Source: an uncultured virus (IMG/VR IMGVR_UViG_2710724122_000003) (lineage: Duplodnaviria > Heunggongvirae > Uroviricota > Caudoviricetes). From it: a stretch of 64,000 nucleotides of DNA. The notes beneath the pieces are model-generated. The model was given only the letters and a program-made list of their open reading frames with translations. It ran no database searches and was not told the DNA's origin. Position numbers and translations under genes: made by a program. The DNA is taken from positions 1 through 64,000 of the IMG/VR virus record IMGVR_UViG_2710724122_000003; one strand, written 5' to 3'. Shown here piece by piece: positions 9,700 to 19,305 of the stretch. Every line of letters starts with the position of its first letter. The stretch's first letter is position 1.

Positions 9700-9803
9700 C
9701 TTCGTTCGTTAGAATGAGGCTTCTTTTATTTTCCTTCACTTGAACTAAAAATTTTTTTAAAAATACATATAAATTGTATGGAATATTAAAAAGGAGGGAT
9801 AAA

Positions 9804-10091
9804 ATGAATCCTTATTATTGTTCTACAGGAATTTACAATTCAATTTCACCTAGAGATTTTATGAGTCATGGTGGTCATGGTAGTGGTTCTAGTGGTTTTT
9901 TACCACCACAGCAATTTTATACAGGAGGTTGGACTTCAGGTGGTGGTATGGTTGTATCGCCATATGGGGGCTGGACTTCAGGTGGTTTCTTACCATATGG
10001 AAGTTGGACTTCAAGTAGCGGATTTCCCTACGGAGGATGGGGTTCAGTTGGATATTATCCACCATATGGCGGATGGTCAATTAATGGCTAA
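9804..10091 (+). CDS. Gly/Tyr/Trp-rich repeat protein (GGWTS-type repeat x5)
   Basis: AAGGAGG RBS; five related YGGW(T/G/S) repeats; downstream hairpin. Confidence 0.75.
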   Translation: MNPYYCSTGIYNSISPRDFMSHGGHGSGSSGFLPPQQFYTGGWTSGGGMVVSPYGGWTSGGFLPYGSWTSSSGFPYGGWGSVGYYPPYGGWSING

Positions 10092-10157
10092 TAACTTAGT
10101 AATAATCAGCTCAATAAATTCGGGCTGATTATTTTTTTGAAAAAACCTCTTCATAAA

Positions 10158-10194
10158 AGAACATACATTCGTATATAATAAGAACTAACGTTCT
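10158..10194 (+). promoter_or_regulatory. Two LexA (Cheo/SOS) boxes flanking the -10 element
   Basis: AGAACatacATTCG and AGAACtaacGTTCT either side of TATAAT; Bacillus consensus CGAAC-N4-GTTCG. Confidence 0.8.
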
Positions 10195-10214
10195 GTTATT
10201 TAGGGGGAATAACG

Positions 10215-11480
10215 GTGTATGACTATTCAATATTGCCGAATCGAATTGTTTTATGTGTAGATCTTCGTAGCTTTTATGCTTCAGTCAGTTGCATCAAACT
10301 GGGATTAGATCCACTTCACACAAAGTTAGCTGTAGTTGGTGATGTGAATAGGAGTGGTTCGATTGTTTTGGCTGCAACTCCACCATTAAAAGCGTTAGGT
10401 GTCAAGAAAATGGCGAGGTTGTACGAAATACCTCGTCGTAAAGACATTCTTGTAGTAAATCCAATTATGAGCACTTACATAAAATGTTCTAATTTCATCA
10501 CAAAACTAGCTCTGCAATATGTTCCTGTTGAGGATTTCCACCAATATTCCATCGATGAGTTTTTCATGGATATAACGGATAGTATTCATCTATTTGCTAA
10601 CGATCCGTATGAATTCGCATTGAAATTCAAACGTGAAATCTATGCGAAGACACGAATCGAATGCACGATAGGAATTGGTCCTAATCCTTTAATGAGCAAA
10701 GTAGCGCTAGATGTTGAAGCGAAGAAAACGAAAGATTGCATAGCATACTGGAAGTACGAAGATGTACCCATAAAATTATGGCCAATACGACCACTTAGTA
10801 AGTTTTGGGGAATTTCAGGGAACACAGAAGCGAAGTTAAACCGGAAAGGAATACATTCAATTGGGGACTTGGCACAGTACCCAATTAAATACTTAAAACA
10901 AAGCTTTGGCGTTATTGGCGAAGAATTACACTTACATAGCAACGGCATTGATTTTAGCCGCATATCAGAAAAATACGTTCCAACAACAACTTCTATTGGT
11001 AAAAGTCAAATACTTATGCGTGATTACACCATAGAGGAATTCCCGATTATTCTACTGGAACATATCGAGGAAGTTTGTTATCGAATGCGAAGACAAAACA
11101 AACTAGCTCAAACTATTCATTTTTCTATTAGTTACAGTAAAAATTACGCTGGTGGTTTCAGGAAAACTCACACTATGAACCGACCAACCAATTTAACAAT
11201 GGATATATATAAGATTTGTACATATTTTTTACACGAGTTTTATACTGGAGAACCCATTAGAACTATCAATGTTTCTTTAACTAACTTAATCAATGAAGGC
11301 GAAGAACAAATCTCACTATTCGATAATGTAATACAACGAGAAAAAGAAATGAAACTAACTAAAGTAATGGATGAAATACGCACTAAATTTGGTAAGAACA
11401 GCATATTACGAGGAATTTCGTATACAAATAGTGCAACAGCAAGATACAGAAACACATTGTTAGGGGGACATAAAGCATGA
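10215..11480 (+). CDS. uvrX: Y-family DNA polymerase (UvrX/UmuC-like)
   Basis: VDLRSFYASV, YSIDEFF, C-terminal QISLF clamp motif and GGHK. Confidence 0.93.
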   Translation: MYDYSILPNRIVLCVDLRSFYASVSCIKLGLDPLHTKLAVVGDVNRSGSIVLAATPPLKALGVKKMARLYEIPRRKDILVVNPIMSTYIKCSNFITKLALQYVPVEDFHQYSIDEFFMDITDSIHLFANDPYEFALKFKREIYAKTRIECTIGIGPNPLMSKVALDVEAKKTKDCIAYWKYEDVPIKLWPIRPLSKFWGISGNTEAKLNRKGIHSIGDLAQYPIKYLKQSFGVIGEELHLHSNGIDFSRISEKYVPTTTSIGKSQILMRDYTIEEFPIILLEHIEEVCYRMRRQNKLAQTIHFSISYSKNYAGGFRKTHTMNRPTNLTMDIYKICTYFLHEFYTGEPIRTINVSLTNLINEGEEQISLFDNVIQREKEMKLTKVMDEIRTKFGKNSILRGISYTNSATARYRNTLLGGHKA

Positions 11481-11818
11481 ACAACGCTAATATGCCAAAA
11501 GGAAGAGGAATGGTGAAATGGACTCCGTTCGTTGCGATGCCGGAGCAATTCGCTGGTATCCGTAAGATTGTTAAAGAAAAGACGAAAGTAGAACGACCTA
11601 TATTAACCCAGGATGAACAAGAACTTATTGAGAACATGTTGTTATGTTCGTTACTTTCTGAAGAAGAAATAATGATTACATATTACGAAGGTGGTTTTTT
11701 ACTTACTAACTATATGACCGTCGTTGATATTGATCCTCTGAATAAATCTATAATTTGTACGGATGCATTTTACAATAATATTACGTTGAAGTTTATTGAT
11801 ATTATTGATGCGAAATAA
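11477..11818 (+). CDS. yolD: YolD-like protein
   Basis: RGMVKWTPF motif; overlaps the polymerase stop codon. Confidence 0.88.
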   Translation: MNNANMPKGRGMVKWTPFVAMPEQFAGIRKIVKEKTKVERPILTQDEQELIENMLLCSLLSEEEIMITYYEGGFLLTNYMTVVDIDPLNKSIICTDAFYNNITLKFIDIIDAK

Positions 11819-11825
11819 GAAAATC

Positions 11826-12016
11826 TGCCCAACAGGACGGCTTTTCTTATTGTTCATTAAACTATTCTTTTGCGAGAAATAAAACCATACATATTTCCAT
11901 TTTCCTGTTAAGTTCGCAAATTATTACTAAAAGAATATCGTAAATTACGACACATCCATTTACTTTATAATTTTAATATATTAATATAATGCAAGTAACA
12001 AGCACATAGGGAAGGA
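11826..12016 (+). repeat. Conserved intergenic element, copy 1 (terminator, internal inverted repeat, promoter, RBS)
   Basis: caacaggacggc...actattcttttgcgagaaataaaa...caaattattactaaaagaata; recurs at ~12607 and ~13388. Confidence 0.85.
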
Positions 12017-12535
12017 ATGGAAAAGATGTTAAAAAAACTAAAAAAAATTATGGTCGTTGCTATCGCTGTTATTACGTTATCTACAGGGTTCGCAACAGTC
12101 GCACCAAAAGAAGCTTCAGCACATTGGGCTGACAATGCAATAACATGGGTTTTCGGAAAAGGCTATGCGCAAAGTGATTATAGATACAAAACCGCAATTC
12201 GACAAGATGTTTGGGTGATGCTTGCTCGTTATAATGGGTACTGGGTTAAAAGTCCTGAAGAAGCACGTCAGGTTATGATAAGAAGAGGTATTTCTGACGG
12301 AACTCGTCCATATGCAGAGATCACTCGTAATGAAATGGTAGGCATGCTCTATCAAGACCATTTTCGTAGACCTGCATGGGATCCTATAGCTGGATTCAAT
12401 AATGCAAATGTATGGGGAGAATCTAACGGTATTTTTGATGGAACTCGTGGAAACGAGATAGCAACAAGAGGTGAAGTTTTCGTTATGCTGTACAATTACG
12501 CTAAGAAATATCATTATGATAAACTCCTTGTATAA
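12017..12535 (+). CDS. Secreted protein with short SLH-like repeats, paralogue 1
   Basis: Signal peptide, HWA, DGTR...TRxE motifs. Confidence 0.8.
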   Translation: MEKMLKKLKKIMVVAIAVITLSTGFATVAPKEASAHWADNAITWVFGKGYAQSDYRYKTAIRQDVWVMLARYNGYWVKSPEEARQVMIRRGISDGTRPYAEITRNEMVGMLYQDHFRRPAWDPIAGFNNANVWGESNGIFDGTRGNEIATRGEVFVMLYNYAKKYHYDKLLV

Positions 12536-12606
12536 CAAAGCCATCAAACAAAGTGATATAGGTAAAAAAAGAATGATGCGTTTAAATTTGATTAAACGAT
12601 AACAAA

Positions 12607-12794
12607 AGCCGTCCAACAGGACGGCTTTTGTTCATAAGACTATTCTTTTGCGAGAAATAAAATTATATATAATTCCATTTTCTTGTTAAATTCACAAATT
12701 ATTACTAAAAGAATACCATGAATATCATTATATCTATTTACTTAAAAAATATTATGTATTAATATGGCAAATGTAATAAACACATAGGGGAGGA
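12607..12794 (+). repeat. Conserved intergenic element, copy 2
   Basis: Near-identical to copy 1. Confidence 0.85.
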
Positions 12795-13313
12795 ATGGAA
12801 AACATGTTAAAAAAACTTAAAAAGTTTATGATTGTTGCTGCTGCAGCTATTATGTTATCTGTAGGTTTTGCAACCACTGCACCTAATGAAGCTCATGCTG
12901 CTCATTGGGCTGATAAACAGATGAATTGGGCGATGAACAGAGGCTATATCACTGCTGACCTAAGAGATAATCTAGCTACTAGACAGGACGCATGGTTAAT
13001 TCTAACGCGTGCAATAAAGGGACAAGGTGGATATGACTATAACTATGCACGCCAATTTTTAGGGAATCTTGATGTTACAGATGGTACAAGAGGCACTAAC
13101 TGGGTTACTCGTGATGAAATGGCTGGAATGTTGTATCAATACAGACTAAAAAGTCCAGCATGGAATCCTGAAACTGGATTCTACAACTCAAATGATTGGG
13201 CTAAATCAGCTGGTATCTTTGATGGTACTCGCGGAAATGCTTTTGCCACAAGAGCTGAAGTTGTTAGTATGATATATAATGCATGGATAAATGGCAAACT
13301 AAAAAGAGTTTGA
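12795..13313 (+). CDS. Secreted protein with short SLH-like repeats, paralogue 2
   Basis: Signal peptide, HWA, TRQD/TRDE/TRAE motifs. Confidence 0.8.
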   Translation: MENMLKKLKKFMIVAAAAIMLSVGFATTAPNEAHAAHWADKQMNWAMNRGYITADLRDNLATRQDAWLILTRAIKGQGGYDYNYARQFLGNLDVTDGTRGTNWVTRDEMAGMLYQYRLKSPAWNPETGFYNSNDWAKSAGIFDGTRGNAFATRAEVVSMIYNAWINGKLKRV

Positions 13314-13387
13314 TAATAATATTTTTATCAAAAAGAGAACTATTCTAAATGAGCTAATGAACTAATAAAAAGAGTATAAATAAAAAG

Positions 13388-13583
13388 GGCCGCCCAACAG
13401 GACGGCTCTTTTTTTTGTTCATAAAACTATTCTTTTGCGAGAAATAAAATCATATATAATTCCACTTTCTTGTTAAGTTCACAAATTATTACTAAAAGAA
13501 TACCGCAAATTCAAATATAAGCATTTACTTTTAAAACCAAAAATTGTAACATTTTGTATGGACGAAACAACATAGGGAAAGGA
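13388..13583 (+). repeat. Conserved intergenic element, copy 3
   Basis: Near-identical to copies 1 and 2. Confidence 0.85.
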
Positions 13584-14087
13584 ATGGAAAAGATGTTAAA
13601 AAAACTTAAAAAATTTATGATCGTTGCTGCTGCAGCTGTTATGCTATCTGCAGGTTTCGCAACCGCTGCACCAAAGGAAGCTCATGCTGCTCATTGGGCA
13701 GATAAACAAATGAACTGGGCTTTCAGTCATGGATACATTAGTGCAGACTTACGAGATAATTATGCAACTCGACAAGATGCTTGGCTAATTATGGCTCGCT
13801 GGGCTCACCAAGGTCTTTTCTGGGGTGGCTATGAGGATGCCCGAAAATTCGTGGTGAACGACCATATCTCGGACGGGACACGTGGAACTAATTGGGTTAC
13901 TCGCAATGAAATGGCCGCAATGATTTATAATCACACTTCTCCCGATCAAAGTGGTTGGACACCAAATGGTGGATTTGAGGAAGCAATCAAATGGGGACGC
14001 TTTTTTGGTATCTATGACGGTTCCCGCGGAAATGATCCTGCTACACGGGCTGAGGTAGTAACTATGTTATACAACGCACGTCGTTAA
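13584..14087 (+). CDS. Secreted protein with short SLH-like repeats, paralogue 3
   Basis: Start set at MEKMLKK by paralogy and RBS; TRQD/TRNE/TRAE motifs. Confidence 0.8.
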   Translation: MEKMLKKLKKFMIVAAAAVMLSAGFATAAPKEAHAAHWADKQMNWAFSHGYISADLRDNYATRQDAWLIMARWAHQGLFWGGYEDARKFVVNDHISDGTRGTNWVTRNEMAAMIYNHTSPDQSGWTPNGGFEEAIKWGRFFGIYDGSRGNDPATRAEVVTMLYNARR

Positions 14088-14093
14088 TAAACA

Positions 14094-14127
14094 AATAGGC
14101 GCTACTCCTTAGGAGTAGCGCCTATTT
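14094..14127. terminator. Bidirectional terminator between SLH-like array and endolysin
   Basis: AATAGGCGCTACTCCT-t-AGGAGTAGCGCCTATT perfect inverted repeat. Confidence 0.8.
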
Positions 14128-14177
14128 CAATTCACATCACATACATATAAGCTTCATTTTCTGTTACATAGTATGTT

Positions 14178-14951
14178 TTACTTAACTGTATATACCCAGC
14201 CTTTACGGTCAAGGTAATCAGTAAATGCTTTTAATTGAACATCGCTAGTTGGATCAGTTACAGGATAAATGTACCCATCACTTTTAAGGTTTAAATTGCC
14301 TGTCATGTGAACTGAATTTAAAGCGCCAACTACATCAGCCAAATTTTCTCTGCCGATTCCTCCTACCTCTACAACATTCCGTTTTTGATTAGGCGGTGGA
14401 GTTGGTGCGGTTGGTTGGCTACCTCCAACAGTTTGTCCAGTCAATGCGTATACGATAGAATTCGCAATCTTATCTACATCCCATTTAGCCATATCGGACT
14501 CGTTATCGATGAATCCAAGTTCGATTAGGATTGCTGGTGCATTAGTTGTAGCTAATACATGTAATCTTTGTTCACCATAACGTCTTTCTTTAGCACCACG
14601 ATTAGTCCAACCGATATCCTTTGAAAGTTGTGCTGATACTTTTGCAGCTAAAGCTTGTTGGTCAAAATAACAAACTTCAACTCCATTAGCACTTCCGTTA
14701 TAGGCATTTAAATGGAGTGAAATTACAAGGTCCACACTATGAGAATTACAGTTGCGAACAATGTTATTGAGGTTTTGCGCCTGAGTTCTACCAACCTCGT
14801 CCGTATCATCATAAACTGTATGTCCTAAAGCTCTTAACTTAATTGCCACTGCATCCTTAACCTGGCGATCCATGATGTGTTCCTTACGACCTCCATAATT
14901 AGCACCTTGTACAATACTATTGTGACCACCATGTAAACTATATTTACCCAT
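14178..14951 (-). CDS. Endolysin, N-acetylmuramoyl-L-alanine amidase (Amidase_3) with C-terminal cell-wall binding domain
   Basis: HGGH, SLHLNA, ILIELGFIDN; Pro-rich linker. Confidence 0.93.
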   Translation of the reverse strand: MGKYSLHGGHNSIVQGANYGGRKEHIMDRQVKDAVAIKLRALGHTVYDDTDEVGRTQAQNLNNIVRNCNSHSVDLVISLHLNAYNGSANGVEVCYFDQQALAAKVSAQLSKDIGWTNRGAKERRYGEQRLHVLATTNAPAILIELGFIDNESDMAKWDVDKIANSIVYALTGQTVGGSQPTAPTPPPNQKRNVVEVGGIGRENLADVVGALNSVHMTGNLNLKSDGYIYPVTDPTSDVQLKAFTDYLDRKGWVYTVK

Positions 14952-15376
14952 TACTGAACATCTCCTTTTTTCTCTTCTTGTTTTTGTTTACCACCTAAAA
15001 CTTCAACTGCATTCGTTAATGCTGAAGGTAGTGGAATTCCCATACGTCCTGCATTTTCTAAAAGTGAAAGCAACTCATTTCCGATAAAGAAAAAGATTGT
15101 CGCTTCTCGAATGGCGCTATTGCTTCCAAGCGCTGTATCTAACTGGGTTGCCACTCCAACCAAAAGAAAAAGCACCACCTTTTTGGCGATGCCTTTAAAA
15201 CCAACTTTACTTTTTAACTCTCCGTTATATCCTGCTGCGAATACTCCTGTGATATAGTCGATAGCTGCCATGATAACTAGAACCTTCAATGTTGTATCCC
15301 AACCTCCCAAAAAGTATCCGCAAAATCCGCCGAAGGCAGCTATAAATGTTTTCATTAATACATCAATACGATCCAT
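14951..15376 (-). CDS. Phage holin (Phage_holin_4_1 type)
   Basis: DYITG, GIAKK, ELLSLLEN motifs; adjacent to endolysin. Confidence 0.92.
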   Translation of the reverse strand: MDRIDVLMKTFIAAFGGFCGYFLGGWDTTLKVLVIMAAIDYITGVFAAGYNGELKSKVGFKGIAKKVVLFLLVGVATQLDTALGSNSAIREATIFFFIGNELLSLLENAGRMGIPLPSALTNAVEVLGGKQKQEEKKGDVQ

Positions 15377-15439
15377 CTTTTCACTCCTTTTTAAAAAAAT
15401 AAAAAAGCGACATATTTGATTGTCCCTTTTGGTTTATTC

Positions 15440-15823
15440 TTATTCACTTGGTGCTACCTTTTGTGCAGCTAGTTGTTCTTCAAGTAGTTTAATTTTCGCT
15501 TCCATTTCTGCCTTTTCGCGTTCTAATTCTTCTTTTGTAGGTGCGAAATATATTTTCTTTACTTTCTCTTCTAGTTCTAGATCGATCGCCTGTAATTCTG
15601 CAACTCTTCCATTCCAGACAACCTTATAGTTTTGTATAGTGTCTGATATATAACGATCTACTTTGAAAAAATGCATATAATTTTGTCCTGGTATGATGCG
15701 TTGTCCATGTTCTAGTTGTGTTATATTTCCTGCTTCATCTGAATCACAGAAAATACATGTTTTATATCGCTCGTACAGTTCATATTTTTCTTTAAATTCC
15801 ATTTCCATCACTTCTCCACCCAT
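15440..15823 (-). CDS. Hypothetical phage protein after tail gene
   Basis: ORF in tail operon; coiled-coil C-terminus. Confidence 0.7.
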   Translation of the reverse strand: MGGEVMEMEFKEKYELYERYKTCIFCDSDEAGNITQLEHGQRIIPGQNYMHFFKVDRYISDTIQNYKVVWNGRVAELQAIDLELEEKVKKIYFAPTKEELEREKAEMEAKIKLLEEQLAAQKVAPSE

Positions 15824-18800
15824 TTACTCAGAACCCTTGCGTATGCGGTATGATTCGGACTGTTCGATGCTAACATTAGAAGAATGTATCTCATGCCCCC
15901 TGTTGGCACCCCTAAATCAATAGTCGCATTTACATAGTACTCATCTGAGAGTTTTTTACTATGCATCGTGTACCACAAATCGCTTCCATCACTATTTATA
16001 ATCTTTACTTGTGCGTTTGTTCCAGGATCTACTGCCAAGCTCATAGCGAATATTAGGTACCTTCCAGTATGCCTGAATGTGTAAAAATTACATCTCGTCC
16101 ACACTGTGCTACGTGTTGCATACCAAGTGGCATTCACTTCCATACCTGGACCCATAAATGGCGGTTCGTGTGTACTAACAGCCATATCAAAGTTCGCCAC
16201 ACCATCTATTATTAAAGAGTATCCATCAGATCGTTGAACCTGTAGTGCGCCTCTTTTAATATTGACACCACGTTTATCAATTACAACATTATCACCTTCG
16301 ATTTTGATGATATTCGCATCGATTCCTTTTGCTGTTAACCACTGTACAATTGTATCTGCATTGATTTTCAACTTTGCGACATCGATTTGTATTAACTCAG
16401 CTGATTGATTGATTTGTGAGATGATTTCACCTTTTTTTACTGTACTAAGGATATTCTTTTCAGTAATCTGAACGCGACCTTCCATGTCTTTCACATAAGC
16501 ATTTGTAGCAAATTTATCATTCGCTTGATTTTGTGTATAGACTTCTGTCTTTTTTGCTGCTAAATCGATACCTTGTTCATTGATAGTAAAACGATTATCA
16601 ATTTGAGTCGCTTTCTGATTGAATTGTTGTTTAGCTACCTTATCAGCAATATCTTCAATCATTTTATCAACATTAGTTTGATCTTTCGGATGTAGCCAAA
16701 ACTCTGTCGCTACTTTACCACGCTGTAGCATCGGAAGGGCAGCTCGTACACGTCCATTTCTTTGAACATAATAACGCCATCTAACCCACTCTTCGTTAGC
16801 TGCAACCTTTGAAACCATCGTCATTCTTGCCCAATCACCTTGTTTAGCCCATTGGATTTCTACGCGCTGCGTTCTCATTCTAGTTCCTTTTGTAGCATTC
16901 CAGAACTCAATTTCCATCCACGCTTTTTGATCTAGTGAAGCTATATTGTCAGTAGCAAACCAACCTGTCGAAATAAGATCCTCACCAGTTGTAACTGTTA
17001 TAAATTCAGAAGCGGTGCCAGACCAGTGATCACTAGTCTTTCCAGAATAATCACTCCAAAAAGTTGCATAACCTTTATATTTTGAGCTTAGCTGAACAGC
17101 AGTACCTTGATTAATTGACCAGTACTTGTTACCTAATTCAAGACCTGCGTTTCTGATCTCGTTGATAGACCCAATACCGCCAACATACTCCTCAACATCT
17201 TTCTTTTTCATTGTTAGACTCAGTGCTTCAGAATGTTGTTCTAATTTTGTAGTAGCTTGAGTTAATGTTTTCCCTTGTTGTACTTGGGTCTCTTGTAATT
17301 TCGAAACACTTTGAGTGATTCCGTTCGCTGTCTTCTCTACTCCCGTAACACGTTTATCAAATCCGCTTTGATTATTTTCAACTTTTGTTACTGTTTCTTT
17401 GATTCCATTCACACTTTTTTCAATCTCGGTAGTTTTATTAGTTAGGATATTTGCTTGCGTTTCTACACTTGTTAACTTCTCGCTAATTTTCCCAGCTTGC
17501 TCTTTAATTTCAGTTGTTGTTTTCTTCAGATCATTTGCAGTTTGCTGCACATCAGATATTGTCTTTTTTGTGCCTTCCACATTCGATTCAACTGTATTTA
17601 ATTTACTGTTGATATCACTATCTTTTTTAGTTAACGATTCAATAGATAATTTAAATCCGTTAGAATCCTGCTCAAACTTCGTTATCTTCTTATCAATCTC
17701 ACCCTGTTTATTTTGCACATCAGAAATCTTACGACTAACACCTTGTAAGCTTTCCTTCACTTCATTGACTTGTCCCGTGGCTTGATTTTGCGCTTCCTGC
17801 ACCTTTTGGTTTAGCTCTTGTTTTGTGGATTCAATATTTTTATCGACTTGCTCAAGTGTTTCTTTCTTAACGGATTCCACATCAGGAACAACAGGATCCC
17901 ATTTACCATCCTTCCACAATTTCAGAATACCAGGCTTACCTTTGCTAATATCTTGCCACAACGTTTTTCTATCCTTTAAGTTTTCTGTTGGTGGATTTAA
18001 ACCTTCGATAATATCAACGGTATTGTTCTTCAAGTTTTCAGCCACTTGTTCAGCAATTTTCTTTGCTGCTTCCGATTCTTTTCGAATGACTTCTGTTTCT
18101 TTTACGTTTTCTTGAAGTTTCTTATCTAACAAATCTAGTAATTCTTTAGATGCTTTATTTGATAAGCTACCCATGATTTGTGCGTATAACCTATCGATCA
18201 GGCTTCGTGTATCTTTAATTTCACGATAATTACCAAAGATATATTTATCCTTCGATGGATCAGTGTCACATTCATCAGCTGCTATTAATCTAGCTTCTAA
18301 GAAAAGTGGTGGACTAAATTCTGTATCTTTTATTCGTACCGTATCTCCTTTACGAACCGCTTCATGAGATAAACCAAACACTTTTTCAAGTGCTACAGCA
18401 TCCACTTCATATAGAGTAGAACTATCAATTCGTTTCTTTAATTCTGCTTCGGTTAATTGTTTGAGTCGTTGCTTCGTCATATCTTGATCTTCTGTTTGCG
18501 GTGAATAAATATCAAATAAATGCTTACCATCTTTCGACCAGCGTTGTAACGCATCGTTGTTACTTACGTACAACTTTCCACCGTTGATATCTTCAAAAGT
18601 CAGAAACTCTTCTTTCCCAGTATCAGGATTTTCTTTAGATGGCCCAACACCTACAAGAGCAGTTACTATATTTTGACTGTTCTCAATACGACGAATGCCT
18701 TGTATATCTTTTCCTAGCACGAATTCTTTCCCATTGTCACGACCAACTTTTTTTATTAAATCTACATACCGACCGACAATAAAAGAACCCCGTATTTCTA

Positions 18801-19305
18801 TTCTGAAACGAATCTCAAGTCCAAAAGTAGATGCGATTTGTTTTAAGAAATCAAGCGGATTTGTGAAATCCTTAATAGGAATGGTACGTACACCACTGTA
18901 CTCCGTAATCCCACGTTTCCATTCTGTACCTTGTAAAGCAAAGTCCATAGATTCGTTGACTGTAGTAGCTTGTAACGTTTGTGGTTTAATTACCGCTGCT
19001 TTCTTTAGCTTTGTATGTTCCCCGAGTGCGTGAATTTTTTTAAAACGATCTGCTGTATCTTGCTCTGCTTTTGTAATAACATACGAAACAAAAGTGCCAT
19101 CTCTGGTTTGTTTTACTATAATATTTTGCTGTACAAGAGACGCCGATATTTTTGTTCCGTCCATTGTATTGAACTCTAATTGGTCTATATTATTTTTGAG
19201 CTCCCACTGGCGGATATCGTTCCAATAGTTTTTTTCTTGTATAACACCAATGATTTGCTCTGTTTTAAAGTCCACAATGTGTAGTAGATTATTTGTTTTA
19301 TTCAT
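15808..19305 (-). CDS. Tail-associated protein (Tal/endopeptidase-like N-terminus, coiled coil, receptor-binding C-terminus)
   Basis: 1165 aa after Dit; typical Bacillus siphophage architecture. Confidence 0.88.
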   Translation of the reverse strand: MNKTNNLLHIVDFKTEQIIGVIQEKNYWNDIRQWELKNNIDQLEFNTMDGTKISASLVQQNIIVKQTRDGTFVSYVITKAEQDTADRFKKIHALGEHTKLKKAAVIKPQTLQATTVNESMDFALQGTEWKRGITEYSGVRTIPIKDFTNPLDFLKQIASTFGLEIRFRIEIRGSFIVGRYVDLIKKVGRDNGKEFVLGKDIQGIRRIENSQNIVTALVGVGPSKENPDTGKEEFLTFEDINGGKLYVSNNDALQRWSKDGKHLFDIYSPQTEDQDMTKQRLKQLTEAELKKRIDSSTLYEVDAVALEKVFGLSHEAVRKGDTVRIKDTEFSPPLFLEARLIAADECDTDPSKDKYIFGNYREIKDTRSLIDRLYAQIMGSLSNKASKELLDLLDKKLQENVKETEVIRKESEAAKKIAEQVAENLKNNTVDIIEGLNPPTENLKDRKTLWQDISKGKPGILKLWKDGKWDPVVPDVESVKKETLEQVDKNIESTKQELNQKVQEAQNQATGQVNEVKESLQGVSRKISDVQNKQGEIDKKITKFEQDSNGFKLSIESLTKKDSDINSKLNTVESNVEGTKKTISDVQQTANDLKKTTTEIKEQAGKISEKLTSVETQANILTNKTTEIEKSVNGIKETVTKVENNQSGFDKRVTGVEKTANGITQSVSKLQETQVQQGKTLTQATTKLEQHSEALSLTMKKKDVEEYVGGIGSINEIRNAGLELGNKYWSINQGTAVQLSSKYKGYATFWSDYSGKTSDHWSGTASEFITVTTGEDLISTGWFATDNIASLDQKAWMEIEFWNATKGTRMRTQRVEIQWAKQGDWARMTMVSKVAANEEWVRWRYYVQRNGRVRAALPMLQRGKVATEFWLHPKDQTNVDKMIEDIADKVAKQQFNQKATQIDNRFTINEQGIDLAAKKTEVYTQNQANDKFATNAYVKDMEGRVQITEKNILSTVKKGEIISQINQSAELIQIDVAKLKINADTIVQWLTAKGIDANIIKIEGDNVVIDKRGVNIKRGALQVQRSDGYSLIIDGVANFDMAVSTHEPPFMGPGMEVNATWYATRSTVWTRCNFYTFRHTGRYLIFAMSLAVDPGTNAQVKIINSDGSDLWYTMHSKKLSDEYYVNATIDLGVPTGGMRYILLMLASNSPNHTAYARVLSKWVEK

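Noticed and set aside
11826..13583. Regularly spaced repeats as a CRISPR array or DGR
   Set aside because: Period ~780 bp with whole genes between; no cas or reverse transcriptase gene in the window
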